This document shows, piece after piece, positions 52,046-64,000 of a stretch of DNA of 64,000 nt. The notes below the pieces were generated by a model. That model made no database searches, had not been told where the DNA came from, and saw only the letters and a program-made list of their open reading frames with translations. The translations under genes were made by a program, and so were the position numbers. Source of the DNA: Octopus vulgaris. Taxonomy: Eukaryota. Numbering within the stretch: position 1 is the stretch's first letter; each line of letters opens with the position of its first letter. The stretch is from assembly GCA_951406725.2 (NCBI GenBank), contig OX597827.1:7130001-7194000 (forward strand), read 5' to 3'.

Positions 52046-52436
52046 CTAGCAGTATCGCCCAGCGTTGCTCGGGTTTGTTTCAACTCTTTAGAATTGGAAT
52101 TTTTGAAAAGTAAAAATTTTGCATTATCTAGCTTGTTATTTTCTTTAAGTGAACATTTTTCTGGTTGAAATACACCGAAAAATGGTGACACAGCAGTCAA
52201 AAAATCGTAAAAAATAGGGATTTTCATAGAAAAAAGCACCTTTTTGATGTAAATAATTTTTGGTGTTAACATGGTCTGATTTGAATTTTTTCTTCTACGG
52301 AAGGAAGAGCAAGCCTTCTTCTATCATACTCTCAATTTTGGTCAACTTGCGCCGCAGGGTCTCGGAGGAGATAGTGTTAGTTGAAGGCTACCAAACCTGT
52401 CATACACAGACAACTTCAGCTTTATATAGAGAGAGA
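52046..52436 (-). mobile_element. Non-autonomous Helitron
   Basis: Minus strand starts A|TCTCTCTCTATATAAAG and ends with the hairpin CCCGAGCAACGCTGGG followed by CTAG|T, i.e. an A|T insertion site without TSD. Confidence 0.8.
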
Positions 52437-52715
52437 TTATAGTTATATATAAACATATCTTTCCAATTGATATGTAATCCACACATGCACATATACTTGT
52501 ACACACACACACACACACACACACACACCATGTAGCAGAAAAACTTACCACATTGTACACATCCATTGGTGTGGCGCTAGTAAAGTAAAGTAGATGGCAA
52601 AGGTGTTTTCATATAGCTAACATTTTATGGTTCTTTTTCATTTAGTATCAAGGTTTGGATCACTGCACACCTTATGTTTATTATAGAAACATTTATCAAC
52701 CTGTTGTACACTATA

Positions 52716-53142
52716 CTCTTTTCTCTTTTTACTCTTTTACTTGTTTCAGTCATTTGACTGTGGCCATGCTGGAGCACGACCTTTAGTCAAATCAAATCGA
52801 CCCCAGGACTTAGTCTTTGTAAGCCCAGTACTTATTCTATCGATCTCTTTTGCCGAACTGCTAAGTTACGGGGACATAAACACACCAGCATCGGTTGTCA
52901 AGCGATGTTGGTGGGGACAAACACAGACACACAAACACACACACACACATATATATACATATACATATACATGTATACGATGGGCTTCTTTCAGTTTCCG
53001 TCTACCAAATCCACTCACAAGGTTTTGGTCGGCCCAAGGCTATAGCAGAAGACACTTGCCCAAGATGCCACGCAGTGGGACTGAACCCGGAACCATGTGG
53101 TTGGTTAGCAAGCTACTTACCACACAGCCACTCCTGCGCCTA
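52716..53142 (-). mobile_element. SINE family A, full length
   Basis: Matches 3356-3781. Confidence 0.88.
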
Positions 53143-53164
53143 TATATATATATACACACACACA

Positions 53165-53347
53165 AAAAAAAAAACAAGGCAAGGACGTGGTACATGTAAA
53201 GTATTAGCAGATGCTCAGGGAAGGAAAGAATAGTGGTTTTACATTTTGAGCAAAGCTCTTCTTCAGAAATAGGAGACAGAGGAAAGTCCAATAGAAAAGG
53301 AAGACAGAAGGAAAAAAAAAATTGCTAACGATTCACATGTGGTTACA
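53165..53347 (-). mobile_element. Same hammerhead-bearing repeat, copy 2
   Basis: Minus strand ATTT-CTGAAGA-A-GAGC(ttt)GCTC-AAAA-TG-TA-AAAC at 53270-53236, with the G12 position mutated to A. Confidence 0.55.
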
Positions 53348-53380
<33 letters not shown>

Positions 53381-53447
53381 TGTGTGTTTGTGTGTGTTTG
53401 TATGTGTGTATGTATTTATGTGTGTATGTGTTTATGTGTATATACAT

Positions 53448-53489
<42 letters not shown>

Positions 53490-54619
53490 GAGGGGATGCA
53501 GAAAAGTTTCTGGCTTTAAGAGTATTGTGAAACTGGAGGTCAAACTTTGGCTGGAGGTCAAACTTCCCAAGTTCTTTCACAGGGTTTAAAAAAACTGAAG
53601 GAGTACTGCATATACATATATATGCATGCATATATATATATATATCTAAAACTATCATCTTCATCATCATAATTGGATCTATGGTTGCCATGGTCACCGA
53701 TGCATTGAACTTTGTTCACCTAATTACCATTCATTTGAAAGCACTATGGATCAGCCTTTGTGATGAAAATGTCATCGTGTTGCAAGTCTGTGTCTGTTGC
53801 ATCAAGCAAGAGAAAGTCCAGCACACTTTGCTGTTTGAAGGCCTGACTCCATACCACAATGATGCAACATCATCTGACACACTGTGCTGTAATGTATGCA
53901 CATAAAAACTTGTGCAATGAAAAGACTTTGGACATCCTCTTAGAAAACTTCCTCACCAAAACGAGCAAGTATAGAAAAAATTTTGGAGTGATTTGAAGCA
54001 TTACTTTTCCTTGTATAATAATAAAAGATACTTTTATACTTGTGTTTGATTTGACAAAATCTTGGCCTTGTTTGTGAAAAAATTTCGGACTTGAATTTGC
54101 ACCCGCTAAGTAAATTTTGTTCCAGGGTCACTGCATACATGTGTGTGTGTGTGTATTCACATATAAATGGAAATATTATCGGTGACAGCAAATGTTATAC
54201 TATAGAATAATCTGGTTTAATGAATTAACATCTGACCCAATACAAGCATGGAAAGTGGCATTAAAATTATGATGAAGATGATAATTTTAAACATATATAT
54301 ATGTTGCTCGATTAAAGTTGCTCAATTAAAAGGCGGTGCTCCAGCATGGCCGCAGTCAAATGACTGGAACAAATAAAAGAGTAAAGAGTTGTATATACAT
54401 ACAGTGAAGTTGGTAATGGTGGAGGGAGGTGATAGACACTCAACAAACAAAAAAGCCAACCATGTTTAGATACTCAATTATACAAACATAACTAGTAAAA
54501 GTGTGAAAGTAAGATAAGAATTGAAAAGAAGGTAAGTAAGAGTGTGAAAAGTAAATAAAGGACAGAAAAAGGGAAAACGTTGCCCTGAATTTTTAACTTT
54601 TTCAAGAATAATATAGTAA

Positions 54620-55050
54620 TAGGCGCAGGAGTGGCTGTGTGGTAAGTAGCTTGCTAACCAACCACATGGTTCCGGGTTCAGTCCCACTGCCTGGCATCTT
54701 GGGCAAGTGTCTTCTGCTATAGCCCCGGGCCAACCAATGCCTTGTGAGTGGACTTGGTAGACGGAAACTGAAAGAAGCCCGTCGTATATATGTATATATA
54801 TGTATATGTGTGTGTGTGTGTGTGTTTGTGTGTTTGTGTGTTTGTGTTTGTCCCCCTAGCATTGCTTGACAACCGATGCTGGTGTGTTTACGTCCCCGTC
54901 ACTTAGCGGTTCGGCAAAAGAGACCGATAGAATAAGCACTGGGCTTACAAAGAATAAGTCCTGGGGTTGATTTGCTCGACTAAAAGGCGGTGCTCCAGCA
55001 TGGCCCGCAGTCAAAATGACTGAAAGAAGTAAAAGAGAGTAAAAGAGAGT
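54620..55050 (+). mobile_element. SINE family A, full length
   Basis: Matches 22247-22660. Confidence 0.88.
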
Positions 55051-55715
55051 AATTGAATTAATTCATAAAATCTGCAGTTTGGAAAGGATGTCATATAACG
55101 GAAGAAGAAGACGAAGAAAGAAGGAAAGAAAGAGGAGGTGAAGAGTAAAATGAAACAAAGAAGATAAAGATGAGAAAAGGAAGAAGAGAAAATAAAAGGA
55201 GATAAGAAAGTGACAAAAAGAGATTAAAGAAGGGAGGAAGAAGGAAAGAGGAATTTTTATGGAAATTTAGGAAAGGAAAGAAAGGGAGTGAGGAAGGGAG
55301 TTGGAAGACGACAAGGAAGTAAGTAAAGGGAAAAATCGTTGGTGGGAAAAATGTAATAAGAAATATTGTGAAGATAATTGACATATTCTTTCTCCCCCCC
55401 CCCCGTTCATTCATGCTGTTTCTGCTTACACACTATCTCTCCTCATGCACGCACACACACACACACACACACACGCAAACACAAACACAAATGCACAAAC
55501 ACACACACGCAAACACACACACAAACACACATAAACACAAACACACGCAAACACACACGCAAACACACACAAACACACACAAACATACACACACACTCAC
55601 ACAAACACACAAACACACACACACACATAAACACATGCAAACACACACACACACGCAAACACACACACAAACACAAACACAAACACAAATACACACACAC
55701 ACACACACACAAACA

Positions 55716-55769
<54 letters not shown>

Positions 55770-55785
55770 AACACACACACAAACA

Positions 55786-55843
<58 letters not shown>

Positions 55844-55871
55844 CACACAAACACAAACACAAACACACACA

Positions 55872-55924
<53 letters not shown>

Positions 55925-56131
55925 ACACACACACAAACACATTCCACTTTCCCCGCATGCATAGATTCTGGTTGAAGATTACATTAAAGGTACACATGTC
56001 TGTGGAGTACTCGGCCACTTATACGCTAATTCAATGAGCCTTGTAGTATTATACAGCTGAACACCCAGGGTCAGAAATGTTGTCCAAAGTCTATCTATCA
56101 AATCATGTCTGCCCGTCTGTCTGTCTGTCTT

Positions 56132-56164
<33 letters not shown>

Positions 56165-56199
56165 GCCTGTCTGCCTTCCTACTAATTACCTACCTACCT

Positions 56200-56982
<783 letters not shown>

Positions 56983-57607
56983 TTCACATTTTAAAAAAAA
57001 AATTTTATCCCCCCCTTTTTTTTTGTCCTCTTTCTTTCCATTTACGATCCCTTTTGATCGGAAACCAAACCCCCTTCTTTTACCCCCAAAAGAAAAGCTC
57101 TACCTTGTAATTTTGTCCTGTCTGTGTGCAGCCCTGTGTGGCTAATAAAGAAACATATATTCACATATTTTTTGGTGGTTTATTTGAGAAGTGGTAACAT
57201 TTGCCAGTTCCTTTGTAAGCTGAGGATGATGCAATCAACAACATTGATGTTCAGTTTTAACATCTCTAAGTTGACATCTATGAGTAAAAAAAAGCTATTA
57301 TTGTTTAATCTCCATGTCAACCGATTAAGCAAACTTTAAAAAAAATGACCATCCTTTCATTTTTCTATAAACAGGGAATCCAGTAAAACATTATACAACT
57401 GTCCCGTTTAAAGATGGAAAAGGGTGTGATCTATTTCTAGCATTTTCATCGACCATGTAAAGACACCTAGGTGCAGTGGTTAGTTTGGAAGACCAGTGGG
57501 GCAAGACAGAGTATGGGTAATCAGAGGGACATGCATTTACCCAGGAAAGCCTGTGTGGTGGTGGGATGTATATAACTAATTCAGAAAAATAGAAATTGTT
57601 GAAAAAT

Positions 57608-58030
57608 AGGCGTAAGAGTGGCTGTGTGGTAAGTAGCTTGCTTACCAGCCACATGGTTCCGAGTTCAGTCCCACTGCATAGCACCTTGGGCAAGTGTCTT
57701 CTAGTATAGCCTTGGGCCGACCAAAGCCTTGTGAGTGGATTTGGTAGACGGAAACTGAAAGAAGCCCATCGTATACATGTATATGTATATATGTGTGTGT
57801 GTGTATGTTTGTGTGTCTGTGTTTGTCCTCCCAACAATCGCTTGACAACCGATGCTGGTGTGTTTACGTCCCCGTAACTTAGCGGTTTGGCAAAAGAGAT
57901 CGATAGAATAAGTACTAGGCTTACAAAGAATAAGTCCCGGGGTCGATTTGCTCGACTAAAAAGGTGGTGCTCCAGCATGGCCACAGTCAAATGACTGAAA
58001 CAAGTGAAAGAATAAAAGAATAAAAGAGTA
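57608..58030 (+). mobile_element. SINE family A, full length
   Basis: Matches 54620-55050. Confidence 0.88.
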
Positions 58031-59197
58031 TTAGCTTCTCGTGCAAAATGCATGCTTGTTTATGTCACCAGCGAGGAGAAAAATCTCCACCATTTCCAGC
58101 GCTGGGACCACCAGGTAGTAGGAACAGATATGCAGAGGGAGGACACACAGAGTGTCCTGTGGATTAGAAATTATTATGTGTTGGTGAGTAATGTTTTACA
58201 AATTGATTATTTAACCCTAATTTGGATGTGGTCCAGAATGTGTCTATGCGTCACAACTGCATCATCTCAGGTGCAGTAGTAGTGTTCCACTGAGGAGAAG
58301 GATTAATGGTGAATTTAGAGAAGAATCTAAGCAACTAAAGCAGGGCTTTGCCTTGTTTTTAATCCAATTCATCATCATCATCATCATCATCGTTTAACGT
58401 CCGTTCTCCATGCTAGCATGGGTTGGACGGTTCGACCGGGGATCTGGGAAGCCAGAAGGCTGCCCCAGGCTCCAGTCACATCTGGCAATGTTTCTACAGC
58501 TGGATGCCCTTCCTAACGCCAACCACTCTGTGAGTGTAGTGGGTGCTTTTTACGTGCCACCCGCACAGGTGCCAGGCGAGGCTGGCAACGGCCATGGTCG
58601 GATTGGTGCATTTCTCTTCATGATAATTCTTGAGGCAAATACTTAGGAGCTGAAGTTCTATTGTTACAAAAAACATATAAGTGAGAAAGTAATTAAAGCC
58701 TGGTTAACTTCGCAAAATTTGTTCAAAGCTACAAAAAAAGGATTCAATATGTGAAAGAATGAAATGCTTTAACCTTTTTGATACCAAACTACTGGAGAAC
58801 TCCACTTTCATTTAATGGTACAAATCTCACATTTAAAAAAAAAAAAGCTAATGATCATCATCATCATTTAACATCCACTTTTCCATGTTTACATTGGTCA
58901 GATGGAATTTGTTGAGAAAGATTTTCTATGGCTGGATGTCCTTCTTGTCACGAACCCTCATTCGTTTCCTAGCAAGCTAATGTTTCCCAATGGCAGTCAT
59001 GTCTTTCACAGAGGGCTGGAAACCTTACTTGTATGATGAAGACATTCATTTACAGCCATTGTGTGATGTCTAGACAAATATATATATATGAAAGCAAACA
59101 TACATATATACATGCATACACACACACATAAATATATATGTGTATATATATATGTATGTAAGTATGTTTATATATGTATATATATATATATATGTGT

Positions 59198-59236
<39 letters not shown>

Positions 59237-59289
59237 TGTATGTATGTGTATATATATATAAATAAATATATATATATATATAAAAATAA

Positions 59290-59341
<52 letters not shown>

Positions 59342-60172
59342 CAGGATTCTTTCAGTTTCCTTCTATGAAATCCACTTACAAGGCTTTGGTTTACCTTGGG
59401 CTATTATAAAAGATACTCGTTCAAGGTGCCATGCAATGGGATGGTTGTCAAAGAATTTTCGCAACTCCACAACTGCACTTATGCCTATGTTTGAATTAAA
59501 ACTGTCCATTACTGTTTTAAAGTTTTGCTTCAGAAAATCCAACTTAATAAATTTTAGTTATCTTACTAAATCCCTTACTAATTTTCAAAATTAATTTAAA
59601 CACAAAGTGCAATTTATTAAAGTAATAGACATAAAAGTGTTAATGGTAAACATGCCAAACATTTAAGTTCTAATTAAAAGTAGAGGGAGCAATGTTATGT
59701 GAGAAATAGGCTTGCATAATATGTAGGAAGTCAATATGTACTCAGTTTACGATACGGGTATATGAATGTCACAGTGAGATCTCTCATAAACTGACAGAGG
59801 AGTGGGATTTACAAATATGATTAGCAGCATGACCATGGTTCCATTTGGATGAACTACAGCCATCATATTGAAGGCTGTGAAGAAAAAATCTAATTAATTA
59901 ACAATAATGAATTAACAATGCAGTGAGGAACAGAAAATGTTATTTTAATCTGATTTTCATAAGATTAGGCAACAACTCAAAACAATTTGTGTAACCCTCT
60001 TTGTACTTGTCACTTTAGTGAGAAGAGAATTACTATGTAGATGTCCTATAAGGTACATGATTAGCTGTGAATTATAATTATCATCATAATAATAATAATG
60101 AAGAAGGTACCCAGGGATGTGATCTGCACAGAAAATAACAGACAAGTTAATACAATCCATATTTATATTTTT

Positions 60173-60765
60173 TTACTACCCACAAGGGGCTAAACACAGA
60201 GGGGACAAACAAGGACAGACAAAGGGATTAAGTCGATTACATCGACCTCAGTGCGAAACTGGTACTTTATTTATCGACCCCGAAAGGATGAAAGGCAAAG
60301 TCGACCTCGGCGGAATTTGAACTCAGAACGTAACGACAGACGAAATATCTATTTCTTTATTACCCACAAGGGGCTAAACACAGAGGGGACAAACAAGGAC
60401 AGACAAAGGGATTAAGTCGATTACATCGACCCCAGTGCGAAACTGGTACTTTATTTATCGACCCCGAAAGGATGAAAGGCAAAGTCGACCTCGGCGGAAT
60501 TTGAACTCAGAACGTAATGACAGACGAAATACCTATTTCTTTACTACCCACAAGGGGCTAAACATAGAGGGGACAAACAAGGACAGACAAAGGTATTAAG
60601 TCGATTACATCGACCCCAGTGCGAAACTGGTACTTTATTTATCGACCCCGAAAGGATGAAAGGCAAAGTCGACCTCGGCGGAATTTGAACCCAGAACGTA
60701 ACGACAGACGAAATACCGCTAAGAATTTCACCCGGTGTGCTAACGATTCTGCCAGCTTGCCGCCT
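60173..60765 (-). mobile_element. Tandem trimer of the family D SINE (one full head plus two ~184-bp body repeats)
   Basis: CCCACAAGGGGCTAAAC...GACGAAATA occurs three times. Only the rightmost unit keeps the 5' tip GGCGGCAAGCTGGCAGAATCG. Confidence 0.9.
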
Positions 60766-62133
60766 ATCAATCCATATTGAGTGTAGTGAGGAAAAATATC
60801 TTTCTAGGAGTCGTACATACATGTTCTCCAACTGAAGTGATGTAGCGTAAAAAAAAGGGCATGGTAACTTGAATGTGAACTGACAGAGAGATGTTTAATG
60901 AGCTGTTATGTCTGCTGGTGACAATATGCATATCTTCCCAGGCTAAATGTAAACTGAGTGACGGGTGGGGGGGGGGTGAACATACAGCAGCGTAATGATG
61001 TATTGTGACAGTGAAACGTGGATGACAATCTGCTGTAGTTGTGAGGAGTTGTGAGGGAGGTGGAGCTACAAAGGAGTTGAGTATGAGCCATTGGATGAAC
61101 CTTTTCAATTTACGTGAAGAACTATGAGGCAATGAGGCAGCCTCTGTTTAGTTACTTGACCTTCTAAAAATAACAGCCATGTCTCTCTCTCTCTCTCAAT
61201 TCCTATTCTACAATTTCAGAAGAAAATTATAGGATAGATAATGTAGTCCTGGGTTCCTTGCACATAAGTGGGGGGGGGGGGAGACAAAAAAATATGGGGT
61301 GGTCATGGCTGGAATGCCTTTGATCATAGGTCTGCTCAATCAGGGTTTGCCTGGGAGCTAAACAACAAGAACTACAGCAGCAGCAGCAGCAGCAACAACA
61401 ACACCACCAACAACAACAATTGCAACAACATATGAAAGGCTAACATATATGAATTGAGAAAGCTATAGTTGTTTTTGCTGTTTAACCCTAGGTCAGGCTA
61501 TGATCATGCAGACCCTTCCTTTCATCAAAGGTACTTCAACAATGACAACAACTATGATAAAATTATTTCAATGTGCCTTTTTTTTTTTTTTATTTCAAAG
61601 ATGGTAGAATGTTGTTTTGGAGAGAAATTTGACTACCATGTCTAGCAGTTCAAGTAGCTAGCTACATGGAAATTTTTTCCCATTAACTCAGGAAAAGCAG
61701 AGAGAAGAGAGAGGGTGTGTTGTTTGTTGTGTTAGAGGTATCGGTCACAGAGATGACAGCACGGATAGGGAAACTATTAGGGAAAAGGGGCTTTCAGAAC
61801 ATAAAGACAGGATAAAAGAAAACAGAGAGAGGGGGGAAAAGGGGGCAAGGGATTATCTGAAAACATTAGGGTTCACTGAGGAAAGAAATGGCGAATGGAA
61901 ATAAACAGTGCTGCAAAAATCCACCCAAATGCAGAAATGCTGACATAAAAATAATAATAATAAAAAAAAAAAGGGAACAAGAACAAACAAACAAAAAAAA
62001 CATGCATTATGTCAACAACAGCGACTTTGAAGATGATATTGGTGGTGGTGGTGGTGGTGGTGGTGATGGTAGTGGTGTCTGTGGGTAAGAGGAGGTGGTA
62101 ACAGTGGAGATGATGGTGATGATAATGACAATA

Positions 62134-62181
<48 letters not shown>

Positions 62182-62400
62182 CTGGAAGAGGTAGTAAAAC
62201 AATTGGGGTGGGGGTGGGTAGTGATGGAGGTTGGTGGCGTTGGTGGTGTGGTAGGGATGATGATGATGATGATGATGATGACGGTGATGATGATGATGAT
62301 GATGATGACGATGATGGTGATGATGATGCTAGAAGAGGTAGTAGAACAATTGGGGGGGGCGGGGTAGTGATGGAGGTTGGTGGCGTTGGTGGTGTGGTAG

Positions 62401-62435
<35 letters not shown>

Positions 62436-62629
62436 GTGATGGTGACAACGACGGTGATGAGGAAGATGATGACGACGATGATGAGGATGATGATGATGAT
62501 GCCACATTGCCATCCCTTCCCCCTGCTGATGCCGGATGATTACAATGATGGTGATGGTGATGATGGTGATGATGGTGATGGTAGTAGTGGTGTTGATAGT
62601 TTAATGGAAGCAATGTTGTTGGAACTTAC

Positions 62630-62789
62630 CTGGCAATTCCTCATAGAGGATTGTGTTGCCATCACTACAACCATTGCCACTGTCATCATATGACGACATT
62701 GTGGACTTCTCGCTGAAATGATCAGAAGATGTCAGCATATCTTCTCTTTCTCTGAAATTCTCAGCTGCCAATGAATTATGTAAGGCCAT
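62630..62789 (-). CDS. Protocadherin gene B, penultimate coding exon (cytoplasmic, 160 nt)
   Basis: Acceptor tttcattccag|ATG at 62789, donor CCAG|GTAAGT at 62630. Encodes MALHNSLAAENFREREDMLTSSDHFSEKSTMSSYDDSGNGCSDGNTILYEELP, with a DSGxG (CM1-like) motif. Paralog of 3048-3207 (shared MxLH, SYD, NTxLxExLP). Confidence 0.85.
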
Positions 62790-62935
62790 CTGGAATGAAA
62801 TAACGAGATGAGGATGATTACAACTCAATTAATTTTACTTAACGATTGTTTATTAAAGGAATGAAATGTCATTATTTAATCGTTAGTTTGAATCTGAGAT
62901 TGATGTATGTGTGTGTGTCTGCGTGTGTGCATATG

Positions 62936-63055
<120 letters not shown>

Positions 63056-63238
63056 ACATATACATGTGTATATATGTGTGTGTGTCTGTAAATATGTATA
63101 TGTACATATGTATATGTGCGTGCATTTGTATGTATATATAAATACACACACACAATATACACATATATACATATATATATATATATAAACATGTATATAT
63201 ATGTGTATGTATGTGTGTGTATGTGTGTGTAGGTATAT

Positions 63239-63293
<55 letters not shown>

Positions 63294-63567
63294 CTGTGGC
63301 TAGTGGTTTTCTTAGGGCATCAGTCTGCAGATTAAAGGTTTAGTTTTAGTAGTTTATATACTATCAAACACATCATCAATATTTGCCTTACTCTACCAGG
63401 GTCCCATAAGCTACCAGAGCCCCATTTTTCCTTTGTGATAGGGAGGAAGTGGTTGTTTTGTAGCAAGGAAATGGATACTTGGAGTGATTCCTGAACCTTT
63501 CAACCAGTGCAGCTGTCCAGGGCTTGAAGAGCTAAGCAGGGGGCCTTTGAATATCTCATGGGTTCAT

Positions 63568-63608
<41 letters not shown>

Positions 63609-64000
63609 ACATACACATGCATGCATATGCACACACAGACACAGACACACACTCACATAAATGGATAAATAAATAAAACCACAGATTCCTCAAATTTCGA
63701 GTGCCCTTCCTTTCCTAGAAACCTCCAACTTGCAAAATTTCTCTTGGTGACCCTGGGCAGAGGTTGTTCTCAGTATCTTACTGGCTCTTAATTCTTCTCA
63801 ATCCTCTGAAGGATTGAAAGCAAATTTCATTAGGGTAGGTTTTGTTCTCAGAATGTAAAGAGCTTAGAACAAACAACACCATGAAACCGTTCTCTGGTAT
63901 TGTAATGATTCTACCAATCAACCTCTGTGTCAAAATGACCTAGCAAAAGAAGAAAGCACAGTTTATCATTGAAAGCTACTAAGATACTGTAGTGGGATAA

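Overview
Eukaryotic, AT-rich, microsatellite- and retroposon-dense DNA. The protocadherin type and repeat content point to a coleoid cephalopod, most likely Octopus (inference). The window holds two tandem minus-strand protocadherin genes. Gene A has one large exon encoding the signal peptide, six cadherin repeats and the TM (CDS 9134-6741), a 160-nt cytoplasmic exon (3207-3048) and an apparently decayed terminal exon (~1780-1420). Gene B, whose large exon must lie beyond the right edge, contributes a paralogous 160-nt exon (62789-62630) and an intact terminal exon (34266-34004) across a ~28 kb intron. The rest is tRNA-derived SINEs with swappable modules, LINE relics (RTE, Rex3-like, CR1-like, Hero-like), mariner/maT, hAT and piggyBac MITEs, a Helitron and long microsatellites. 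The most notable hidden features are several minimal type I hammerhead ribozyme motifs from at least three unrelated repeat families (probably Penelope-like), one inside an inverted repeat that has captured local DNA, plus several long fold-back structures in the protocadherin introns. All calls come from reading the sequence by eye; no searches or folding programs were run.
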